Shown here: one piece after another, positions 52,282 through 62,773 of the stretch
How the letters are laid out: each line of letters begins with the position of its first letter
Position numbering within the stretch: the first letter of the stretch is position 1
Assembly: GCF_008831285.2 (NCBI RefSeq)
Contig: NC_045138.2
Location: 22,816,001 to 22,880,000 of the forward strand
DNA from: Nymphaea colorata
Taxonomy: Eukaryota
Direction of reading: 5' to 3'
Length of the DNA stretch: 64,000 nucleotides
Position numbers and translations under genes: made by a program
The notes under the pieces: generated by a model
Database searches by the model: none
What the model was told of the DNA's origin: nothing
What the model saw: only the letters and a program-made list of their open reading frames with translations

Positions 52282-52431
52282 TCATGTGATACTCAGCTGC
52301 TTCAATGAATCAAACGATCTGGAGAGGGTGCCCTTGTATCGAAATACTAAAGGTTGGCATCGCACCCAACTATCATATATGCCTCGCGACCGACCTTCGA
52401 AAATGACATGGTACTTTTGGCGAGGCATCAT
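52282..52431 (-). CDS. Small ORF3: RNase H1 N-terminal hybrid-binding (Cauli_VI-like) domain; probably once extended to a hydrophobic C-tail (~52095)
   Basis: MMPRQKYHVIFEGRSRGIYDSWVRCQPLVFRYKGTLSRSFDSL fits Y-x-V-x-x-G-R-x-x-G-[IV]-Y-x-x-W-x-x-C-x-x-x-V-x-x-[YF]-x-G..F. A 1-nt shift continues EAAEYHMNEYL..CWITCFVITIFFLDMYLL, with two TAA. Confidence 0.8.
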   Translation of the reverse strand: MMPRQKYHVIFEGRSRGIYDSWVRCQPLVFRYKGTLSRSFDSLKQLSIT

Positions 52432-53812
52432 CTTCGTTGTCCTATTCAAAACAAAAAAAATGTCAAACAATCAAATGAAACGATAGCCAAAATTCATAAA
52501 TAAACTTACTATTCAATTGATAATCTGTAAACATTTGAGTTGTTATTGTTGTTCTCATAGAATTGTTGCTTCATCGCTTATGTGTTTGGCTTGCAATTTC
52601 TGGTTCGCTTAAGACAAAGATATTATTCGAAGGTGCATCTTCATCAACAAATTACTCAACATTTGGATTGTGTTCAATTATGAAGTTGTGCAATGCGCAT
52701 GTAGCAAGAACAATTTGAACTTGTTTTTGAATGGATACTGCAATTGCATTTTCAATATTGAAAAACGACCTTTAAACATGCCGAAAGTTCTTTCTACTGC
52801 ATTTCAAAGTGATGAATGACTATGGTTGAATAATTCTTCTTGAGTTCTAGGTGAGTGTGCCCCCGGGGTGTTAAACTCGGACATATGATAACGATGCCCT
52901 CGATAAGGTGTTAGCAAACCGACAATATTTGGATATCCCCCATCAGCAAGATAATATTTGCCTACAATTGAACACAAATTATTTATACACTGTTACATGC
53001 TTCTAAAAAAATGCATTGGTTGGTGGAACTACGTACCTTCTGGAACAACAAACGGATCAGTTTGATGATCATGTGCATTGTACAATACTCTTGAGTCTGT
53101 TGCACTTCCTTTCCATCCTGCCAAAACGTAGTAGAATCGAGTGTCAAATCCAACTGCAGCCATGACGTTCTGAGAAATGAATCCTTTTCTATTGTGAAAC
53201 CTTGCTTGATCTGAAGCTGGGACCCATGCAGGTACATGGGTACCATCGATTGCTCCTAAACAATTCTATATGCATATATGCAAGTTAGTCATGTTGAGTT
53301 TACGGTTATAAAATTACCTGAAAATATGAAAAGGATCGTTTAGATCGCTGAATATGTGTTGGCATCTCATCATTGGGCCACCGAACGTAATCGTTACCCA
53401 GCATACATACCGCTCGTAGGGCTAGGCTGACATGTTTACTTATTTTTTGTCTGAAATGTTGAAACGTATTTTGAACGGCACCATTTCGTTCATTATATCC
53501 AATTGTCAAAAGAAAAATAGCTACTTGTTCTTCTACATTAATGTCACGAGCGTCCTCCAATAAATTTCTAGCTCTCAGAGTGTTATACAATGTCATATAT
53601 GCGTACCCTTCCATACGGAGTAAGCCCATACAATTTCTAGGATGACCTCAAAGCATAAGTTGAACAAAAGATGTACTAGCATCTCCAAATGGATGAACAA
53701 TCCTGCTAGATTGAGGTAGTCGTCTTAACCAAAAGAAGATGAAGACATAAGCTAGCCGAATGAAGAAAAGTGTTCGTTCATCGTCGTCATCGAACATGTC
53801 AATATCAACCAT
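52428..53812 (-). pseudogene. Harbinger DDE transposase (HARBI1/DDE_Tnp_4-like)
   Basis: Exons 53812-53318, 53265-53037, 52961-52510, 52441-52428. Motifs VEEQVAIFL, NCLGAIDGTH, GWKGSATDSRV, KYYLADGGY, ELFN..HSSL*NAVERTFG, CALHNFI, MRTTITTQMFTDY. Four in-frame stops and a 1-nt deletion at ~52725. Confidence 0.92.
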
Positions 53813-54026
53813 TTCGACTAAACTGCATGTACATATAACAAAACTTATTGAACAACAAAATTTCAAAGATGTGTTTCAGTATGAACAAGAACAGATTGCA
53901 TGAACAACAACCATTTCAAACAACATCGAAGATCATGGGATTATACTAATAACACACAATAAATGTTTTGAATGACATGAATTATACAAATAATGAGCCA
54001 TTGAATGTATAACAATCAACTCTTAC

Positions 54027-55018
54027 CTACGAATCAGCAAGCTTATGCATCAACCATGACACCCGGTTTGAAGGTGGAAGGTTGACAAATATCATGGAGT
54101 TGGTGCCTTCCGCTAACATGTCCATACTCTTCATTCGCGTACGACTATATAGGAGTCTAGTGTCCAACATCTCTTGCAATATTTCACAACATTTGACAAA
54201 TTGAAACCCTCTAAAAGTACGTGTGAGGGTGTTCACATTTTCTGCTATACCGTTCAACAAATTGTAATATTCGTCAGCATTGGTTGACATGTTCCTTTTT
54301 TACCTATGTGTAGTTCTATTAGTTGTCGTTGTCGGATTTTCAGTTGTAGGAGTTGAAGGTACTGGCGATTGTAGGGGAGGACTATCTATATAAAGTATCT
54401 GTGTGAATGATTGTTCACTTTCAGGTTGCATGTACAGTGGAGTCGATTGAGATGCAGGTGTCGAAGGGAGTGGTTCAGTGTCATCATGTAGCATGATGTT
54501 CAATGTGTCTGCGTCTTTTCCAGTTGCATGGGAATCGCCATACACCTTCGTGAACTCATCATAATATCTCTATAACTTTGGCCCTCTGTACTTTTTCTTA
54601 TTCGGATATTCTGAAAAAAATCATGTGTTTATATATTGAACAAGTAAAGACATGTTAGACAAAACCTAACAGTATGAACTCTATATCTTACCTCAATGTA
54701 GTCACTCCATACTTGGGGGTCGACATCAATACATTTGTTAATTGGGTCATAGCGAAACCCGCTTGTATTCAGAATTTCCTTCATGACTGTTAAGTTAGGT
54801 TTGAAATACTTCAATTTGTTTTTTATTTTGTTTTTACTGAGTTCTGGACCGAATCTATCCATCATGTTTTTTTCAATTGTTGTATACGCTTTAGACTTCA
54901 AACTTCCACCAGATTTCATACCAGGCATGCGTGAATGCTCCACAAGAAGCTGGAATAAGTAGTCCATTTGTGGTTCAATCCATGTAAGATTTTCCCTTGA
55001 TGGACCGTTGTCTTCCAT
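54027..55018 (-). pseudogene. Harbinger ORF1, Myb/SANT-like DNA-binding protein (~300 aa)
   Basis: Exon 55018-54692: LTW..LFQLLVE..LKSKAY..KIKNKLK..LNTSGFRYDP..VWSDYIE. Exon 54610-54027: YPN..KYRG..YDEF..VYGDSHATG, S/T/P-rich linker, FVNLPPSNRVSWL. One 1-nt deletion and two stops. Confidence 0.9.
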
Positions 55019-57134
55019 GGTAATGTTTTGTACAATGTTTCTTCACAACTACTGTTTTCATCATGAAAAAACTTGCATGAAGAAAGTTGATAGACGATAA
55101 CAGGGAAAAGAAACCATATTAGGAAGACAAAAGCAAACGAGCACCCATCTCTAGAAAATCTAAACAACAGACATGCTTGTAACGAACTACCAATGTGATG
55201 CATCAAGCAATAGAGATCGACCATTAGACACATTAGAGAAGAATACTGACATAGCACACACCTAGAAAATTGTATACATGTTGTCCTTCAGCAGTTTCGC
55301 TATCTTATTTTTCTCCCCTATTTTGGGATTACCAGTCAAGCCAATTTTTCAATGAAACATAGACAACTAAAGACTACATAATACATAATAAACTCGACCA
55401 AATAGCACGAACTCATGGCCAACATTCAGCTGAACTACAGTTTTACGTTCTTTCGTATGGGATTTCGTTCAAAAAACTAATTGTGTCCTTGAAATTTCCT
55501 ACCAAAGGCATTGCCCATCGCATGGATATGGCTGCAACATGGTGTAATTAACATTGCAGTATGCTATCAATGGAAGGCAATCCAGTAGAAGAGACAAAAA
55601 GAAATAAAATAACAACCAACAATGTCCATGAAGCGGATGGCAGTCTTGAGGTAGAAAGCACAAGATAAAATTTATAGAAATGAGATCAATCAGGTAAAGA
55701 CATGACATTCTAAACATATTGAGGTTGAAAGTGACAAGTTCGGCCATAAAGATCTATGTAGAAGACCAAGCACGACATCCACCATAGACTAGAGAGACTT
55801 TTCAACATAAAGTACTCATATCAGAAGATCAGGGCATTTATCTCTGTGCACCCTACAGTTGTTGTTTCTCTTCATTTTTAAAATCATGGCAACTTCAAAA
55901 TTTTCAACATGTTGAAGTAGCACAAAGTGATATGTTAACTTCAATTCGACATGACTACTCTAGATAATGTAAGATACACTCATTAAATGTGTTGCATCAC
56001 TGACAGTGCCAACTTCACATAAAAGAAAAATAAATAAATAACTTGCACATCAGCTTAGAATTATCAACTTTGAAGCATGTGTCTATGTCCACATTTTCCA
56101 AGGTTCTTTTTTACCATTATTAAATTGATAGAGATCACATTAAAGTTAGCATCACAAGGATCACTATGTCTTACGAAAGAAAACAGAACTTGGTATTTCT
56201 GCATTGATAAGTAGCAGGAGCTAAAGAAATCAAGAAACAAAGCAAAAATTAAAGGAAATTACCTTTTATCTTGTTAACCAGCCACTTTGTGCCTCCTTCG
56301 ATGCTGGTGGACAATGACCATATTAACCAAAAAGAAAAAGATGTTATCAGCACAATACAAGAAAAACAGAAGTTTGAAGAATAATATAACATAATCATGT
56401 AAAAGCACCTCAAAAAATTAACATAACATGAGCACTTTGTACAGGTTACAGGTTTGCATTTTATGAACAAGAACTAAAAACTTGGATATCAGCTAAAAAA
56501 AATGCACAATTGCAATACACAAAATAGCTACCATGTATATGATTAGAGTTCTAAAAAGTAAAAACCTTAAATAACCAGCATGAAAACATAAAACATGGCA
56601 AAGCTGATTTCAAGACCATTTAACGTAGTTTATGGTGTCATGAACATTTGGACGTTTCTCTATAGAGATAGGTTTGACCATTAATATTGCTAAGTTAGCA
56701 GCAACATGAGGATTGTAATGAGCTCTTGATGGCTCTAAAATAATCCATGCACGCAGTGCATACAGAACAAGAGTTAGAGACCATCGGAATGTGGCAGATA
56801 TAATGGATGACACATGATAGTCATGTACTATCTTATTCCTCAAAATTGTCATGGAAAGTGCACCTAAAATAAACGATGTAAAACAGTAAGCAGGGCTAAT
56901 TTCTTGTTCTGATGTATTCAAGAGCAAGGTTAATTTCCTGTTTTGAGAGGTATACCTGAATAAAGGAGCAGCGAAGAGTAAGAAGATCAAATGTCCTACT
57001 GGTATTGAAGGTTTGCATATGAAAAACATCAAAGAGGAAAGATGAGTTTTTGATGGTTTGCGTGTGAGAGAGTGACATGTAGAGGCACGTAGGGCTCACC
57101 TGGCACTGCGATCAGGTGACATTGGGTTTGAGAG

Positions 57135-57595
57135 GAGAGACCTGTGCAGCGTCAGAGGATAGAAACAAGAGTGCAAGAGAGGAGGAGACACAGCGAGAGA
57201 GGAGGAGACACAGCGACATAAGGGAGACGCAGTGACAGAGGAGAGATCTGTGCAGCAGCAAAGGTGAGGAACAAGACAATGAGAGAGGAGGAGACGCAGC
57301 AATGGAGGGGAGACGTAGCGAGAGAGGAGGAAATGCAGCGACAGAGGGGAGATGCAGCGAATAGAGAGGAGACGCAACGAGAGAGGAGACACTATCAACA
57401 GCAAAGGTGAGGAACAAGAGAGTGACAGAGGAGGAGACGTAGTGACAAAGGGGAGACGCAGCGAGAGTGAGAGCGGAGAGACCTGTGCAGCGAGAGAGGA
57501 GAGGTTCCGTAGAGTGCAAGGGAGGAAGAGACGCAGACCTGTGTAGCGAGAGAGGAGAGGTTTCGTCGAGTGCGAGGGAGGAGAAGACGCATCGA
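57135..57595. repeat. Degenerate ~20-bp purine-rich tandem array inside the Harbinger 5' end
   Basis: Repeated GAGAGGAGGAGAC(A/G)CAGCGA-type units with higher-order recurrence (CAGCAAAGGTGAGGAACAAGA and GGAGACCTGTGCAGCG-like blocks recur). Confidence 0.85.
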
Positions 57596-57673
57596 GATTG
57601 TGCTCGACAATGGGTGTCCACGGGAAAGAGGGGAAAAGTTGAGAGTCCTAACAGCTCTTAATTTTTTCTCCAC

Positions 57674-57706
57674 GAAAAAGTCCGACCTCACAGGTCGGAC
57701 TTTTTC
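57674..57706. other. Perfect 15-bp-stem hairpin near the Harbinger right end
   Basis: GAAAAAGTCCGACCT-CAC-AGGTCGGACTTTTTC. Confidence 0.95.
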
Positions 57707-57855
57707 ACACATGAAATTTCACCCGACCACATTTCATTTTTCGACTGAAATTTCATGTCGTTTGATGCATGGTGAAGTGAACGGGTGAAAGTTCACACGC
57801 CCATACAGTTTTCAACCAATGCACAGGGTTTTTTCTATACATCAAACGGGGCCTT

Positions 57856-58120
57856 AATATAGCACCAACTTTTCATCTTTGACTTGTCATTCACTTGAAT
57901 GATGATAAGCTGAGAGTCGTTGAAGGCGTGCACTCTTTTTGTTTGGAAACTCAATAAAAAACAAAGTCCTTGTATAAGGGCCTCATATTCAACCATGTTA
58001 TGGGTAAATGAAAAGTTGAGTTTCAAAGAGTATGGGATCATTTCATCTTCCAGAGTTATAAGTAAAATGCATTTACCTACTCCCATCACGTTCTTGGATC
58101 CATCAAAGTGCATCTTTCAT
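57856..58120 (-). pseudogene. Additional (archaeal-type) RNase H domain of the Tat lineage, C-terminal part missing
   Basis: MHFDGSK..GVG..LNFSFTHNMVEYEALIQGL..DSQLII.QVN..VKDEKL, ending at the Harbinger TIR. Confidence 0.88.
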
Positions 58121-59700
58121 ATCGAAATTGGTTCCAATCCTAATACATGTTTGCATGGAAACTCATCATCTGTTTTCACTTTTTCGTATTGGGGAATGCC
58201 TGTCAATTGATCTGCAATTGCTTGTCCTTTGATTGACTTCTGGGACTCATATTCAAAATCATGTTGCATCAACAAAACATGCCATTTAGTGATGCACCCA
58301 TTAAGGAATGGCTGCTCTAAGATATATTTAAGAGGATTTAGCTTTGAGGGTATCTTTACTTCGCAAGCTAATAAATAATATCTCAAATTCTGACACATTC
58401 AAATCAATGCTTGACAAATTTTTTTCATTAGAGAGTACTTTTTTTCATACTGGACAAAAGTTTTGCTCATGTAATATAATGCATGCTTGATGCTACTTCC
58501 TTTCTCATATTGTACCAAAAAATTACCACATGTTGACTCATTCACTGTGATGTAAAGCAGCAATGGTCTACTCAACACTAGGGGTTTTAAGATTGGTGGA
58601 TTTTAGAAGGTATTCATTAATCCTTTTAAATGACTGTTGGCACTCAAAACTCCATTCAAATTTGATATCCTTCCTCAGCAGCTGGTTGAATGGTTTGTAT
58701 CTCATGGCTAGATTAAAAATGAATCATCTGATGGACTGTATTTGCCCCTACAAACATCGTAGTTCCTTGATGTTGGTAGGTAGTGGCATATCAATGATCG
58801 CTTTGGCTTTGGTCAGATCCATCTCATTCTCCCTCTTACTAACCATGAAACCTAAAAGTTTACCTGATTCAACCCCAAATACACATTTTGGAGATTCAAA
58901 TGAAGCTTGTACTGTAAGAGTCTCTCAAACACCTGGGTAGGGGTTTCAATGTGGTCTTCTCTTGCCGTAGATTTAACTAATATATCATCGATATATGCAT
59001 CCATTATTTTGTGCATTTGGCCGTGGAAGATAGCGGCCATAGCTTTTTGATAAGCTGCTCCTGCATTTTTTAATCCAAATGACATCACTGTATAACAAAA
59101 AGTGTCCTAGGTTGTAATAAAAGTGGTGTTAGGTTGATCATTGACTGTTAATTTTATTTGATTATATCCCGAATATCCATCCCTAAAATAGAATATGGCA
59201 TGGCCTACATACTGTCTACTAACAAATCAATGTTTGGAAGTGGGTAATCACCTTTTGGTGTGGCTTTGTTCAGGTCTCGAAAGTTAATGCATTGTTTGAC
59301 TTTGGCATTCTTCTAGGGGACCACCGCAATATTAGCGAACCACCCAGGGTAATCAATTGCACGAATAAATTTTGCCTTTAGAATGTCTTCTAATCCTTCC
59401 TTTACGATTCCTTCTAGTCGATGATCAAGCTTGCATAATTTTTGTTTAACTGACCTGCAACTACGACTTAGGGGCAAATGATATTCAACCAGCTGGGGGT
59501 CTAAATCCGGCATATTCATAGGTCCATGCGAAAGCCTCTTGGTGCTTTATAAGAAAATCCATCAATTTTTCTTCTCGTCTGCTAACAAACTGGTGCCAAC
59601 TTGAAGGATCTTAGGATTCTCACTAGTTCCAATGTTAATCTCTTCAATTGGGTCGTTAACAAAATACGAGGGTTGTTCTTGTTCTTAAATCTGAGTAAAT
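58117..59700 (-). pseudogene. Gypsy reverse transcriptase + RNase H (decayed)
   Basis: MPDLDPQLVEYHLP..VKQK, INFRDLNKATPK, MSFGLKNAGAAYQKAM..YIDDILVKS, YYMSK..E..Y, KSIKGQAIADQL. Confidence 0.93.
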
Positions 59701-60399
59701 TCTGGTAATTCTGACTCAAGTATTGTCATAGGTTGTATTTCACAAACTGCTTGTTTAATAAATGCTTTTTTGGGGGACTTCTAAAGAAAAAGAAGAAATT
59801 GAGATATATTGAGTTCTGATAACCTGTAAAGAGGAGGGCAAAGGAAAATTGAACAAAATTAAAATTGATAACAAAAGATTACTTGCATTGCATATCGAAA
59901 GCTCTTAGTTCTTAGAGAGGGGTCCTCTCATGAGACCAAATAAGTACAAGCTAAGATTACAAAATTCATGAGAGGATTTGAAAACAAAAGAGAATACTAT
60001 CAGGCAACAAGATCTTCTTCAAATTTCTTTATGATATCCCAATCCTCTGGTGTCCATCTGAAAGGGAATACTGGTCGGCTGTAAGGTACCATCTTCATTC
60101 TTCCCGAGACCTGTGAATGGACGGTAGCCACCTTTCACAAGTAACTGAAATCTCTAAGGGTTTCTCACGAAATGAGCACACAAGAGAAGTTTTTGATAAC
60201 TCGGACGATTACTTGAAATAGTATAGGTACTCCCAGATAATTCACCTATTTCCATGCTCTGCATCCACTCTTCTAAAGGTCTTTCCTTTGTCATTCTTTT
60301 GCTGGGCACATCCACCAACTCAATTGGCGTAGGGCATTGGTTGTACTAACCTCTCAATCGGATTCTCAACGTGTATGGTGGTGACCGATGTGCTAAAAT

Positions 60400-60790
60400 T
60401 CTATTTGAGATATTGATGAAGAGTGGATGGGATTTCTCGTATTTCATGGATTCAAGACTGTCCTAAGAGCAAGTTATATTATGATAGTACATCTACCACA
60501 TGGAACGTAATTTAATGACTTGTGTGTTTGATGATCACTTCCATGTTGAGGGTATCTTTGCTATTCACGCTTCAGCCATCGTATTTGTAGATCTTGGTAT
60601 CATCAAGGCGATACTTATCTTTACGAAGTCACAAAGCGTTGGCCGTGAGATCAGGACAAATATTTAAACCACTTCCTCCATCGATCAATACATGTGATAC
60701 AGTCATTTTATTAATTTGGACGATGATGTAAAGAGCATCTTCATGATAATATTCCCATTTCGAGAGGTCCTTTTATGAAAAAGTAACTGA
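60400..60790 (-). pseudogene. Gypsy aspartic protease
   Basis: VTFS*KDL..HEDALYIIVQINKMTVSHVLIDGGSGLNICP ... LLLGQS*IH..IPSTLHQ. Confidence 0.9.
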
Positions 60791-61376
60791 TTGGCCCATA
60801 AAGGTTTGAATCCAACCTTCGTCAATCATACATTCTTCCAAAGGGATGATATCATCCAAGTAGCATGGATCCTCGTTTGAGGAATCATCTAATGATTCAT
60901 GATCGTCGCCTCACAAGAGAAAAGTTTTTGGAATTATGCAGATTTTTTGGATGAACTTTATACCTTGTTGTTCATCATACCAATAAAACCTAGAGGTTTC
61001 TTACCTTGCTGCTGATAGAGTTAGGTGAACTGCTTTCCTCTATGATTTCTTTTCATTTCTTGCTTTTCTTCATTTTTTTTTTCTTTAGAGCGGAAGCAAT
61101 TCAGGTTTTTCTTCCTTACTAGTTTTTCACCTCGACCCGTAAAAGAGGATTTGTTGTTTTTCTTGTTTCTTTTTTGTTTGGCCGGCTTTTCAATTATTGG
61201 TTTTCGAGTAACCATCAGGGTCTTTTGTTCTTCTTGTTCTATCATGAATCGCTCCATAAATAACTAGAACATATGATAGCCTTCTGGGTCGATTGCTGGG
61301 AAGGCAAGGGCATAGGATCAAAAGATGAAGCCTCATTCTGAGGAACCTGCTTAGCTTGTGCTTTGGTTTCAACCAT
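60791..61376 (-). pseudogene. Short gag-position ORF remnant (N-terminus only; no capsid core recognised)
   Basis: MVETKAQAKQ start typical of gag, then Lys-rich and acidic stretches running directly into the protease leader. Confidence 0.55.
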
Positions 61377-61560
61377 CTTGTTGGCCTTCAAGTATTTACT
61401 TTTTGAGACAGGAAAATGAAGGGTCATTAGAATGAAGTGATGACAAAATGAAGGTTCATATTGCATTAAAAGTTTTAAAAGTTACATCCAAAGAAAACAT
61501 TAACAAAGATGACAACGACTGAAGACGAAATAAGGAGTACAATGTTGACAACAAAAACTT

Positions 61561-62773
61561 TTAAGGAATGATGAATGGTGGTCGGTTGGCATCCTACCAC
61601 TTGGCATATTCCTTCTTTACCAGTGGGCCTGTGAACCAAATGTATGATATATGTGTCTTCCACTTTTGTCGAGCTACTGTGAACAATGCAACCATTGAAG
61701 AAAGCTGAGGTCGAATTCAAGAATAGTTCCAATTAGTGTATGCACAGAAACCATCTTCTGTCTTTGAGAGAATTGTCTTATGCATCTATCAGCACAATAA
61801 TCAACTATGAAATAAAGACCCAAGTACGGCCATGATAATGGTAAGTATATCTAGGTGGATTCTGGTGACGATCATAATATTCCCAAATGATTTCTTCTAC
61901 TCGATCAAACGGCGGTATTGTTCTAAAACTGTCAATGCTCCATTAGCGTTTCTGAATAGGCTGGCTTAGGGTCCCGCGTGCTTGAAAAACCACAATTGTA
62001 AAGCATATGTGCATCATTCTATGAAGTCAGCATCTCCTATGGTGAAGCGGGTGAGTCCTCGGTAAAAAAAAAAAACCCAAGGCTATCATTGCCACTGATA
62101 AGTGTCGAGTCTCGCTATGTCCCCATATCCAAAAAAGTTGTGCAATACGAACATCTAGAAGGTCAGTTCCATTGGAAAAAATGGTCACTTCCACTGTGCA
62201 AAGCATCACACAATGTTTAACTCTTCCTATGGGTTTTTGAGATATGGTGTAATGTTCAACATAGGCTATAAACTCTTCATATAGATTTTTCAGATTTTTC
62301 AGGTTGATGTTTTGACTTTTATGGTTTTCTATTAGGGGCCAAGTTTTTCATCCAGTGAAGTGAGCTATAAAGTCACTTGCATTAACCTTAGTTAGGTTTA
62401 TGAGGAACTGTTTCTCCAATGAGTCATTTGAATCACAAATGGGGATAGGGAGGTCTAGTATTTCAGCAAATTCATCTAATAATACTATCATTTCTCTCGA
62501 AGAAAACCAAAAAGAAGAAGTCTTTGGGTTTTATTGTTCGGCAATTGCATGTACCAAATTCTCATCTACTGATTGCATTCCTCCGGCTGCCACTGTCTCT
62601 AGCCTACATTCTTCAAAATAAGGATACATTCGAGAGAAGGTGAGATGCCAAGACCGATACCATTCGAGAGCTAAAGGTTTAGACTCAATAGAAATATAAG
62701 TAGACCATTTGGATCCTTACCTGAAGAGGATGTGATCATAAGGAAAGGTGACACCACATTGGAAGGAATACAT
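61561..62773 (-). pseudogene. Extra ORF1 upstream of gag encoding an intronless plant mobile domain (PMD)
   Basis: VDENLVHAIAEQ*NPKTSSFWFSSREMIVLLDEFAEILDLP, YRGL..*CTYALQLWFFKH, YCADRCIRQFSQRQ, KEYAKW*. About 400 codons with stops and frameshifts. Confidence 0.85.

Larger units (their letters stand above)
51704..57853 (-). mobile_element. PIF/Harbinger DNA transposon, full length but decayed, nested in the Ogre element
   Basis: TIRs GGCCTTGTTTGATG (51704) / CATCAAACGGGGCC (57853), 12/14 match. Flanks TGA and TTA. Subterminal GTTTGATGCA repeats. Contains Myb/SANT and DDE transposase genes. Confidence 0.92.

Noticed and set aside
57096..57712. Long Ser/Leu/Arg-rich ORFs on both strands
   Set aside because: Products of the 20-bp purine-rich tandem array.
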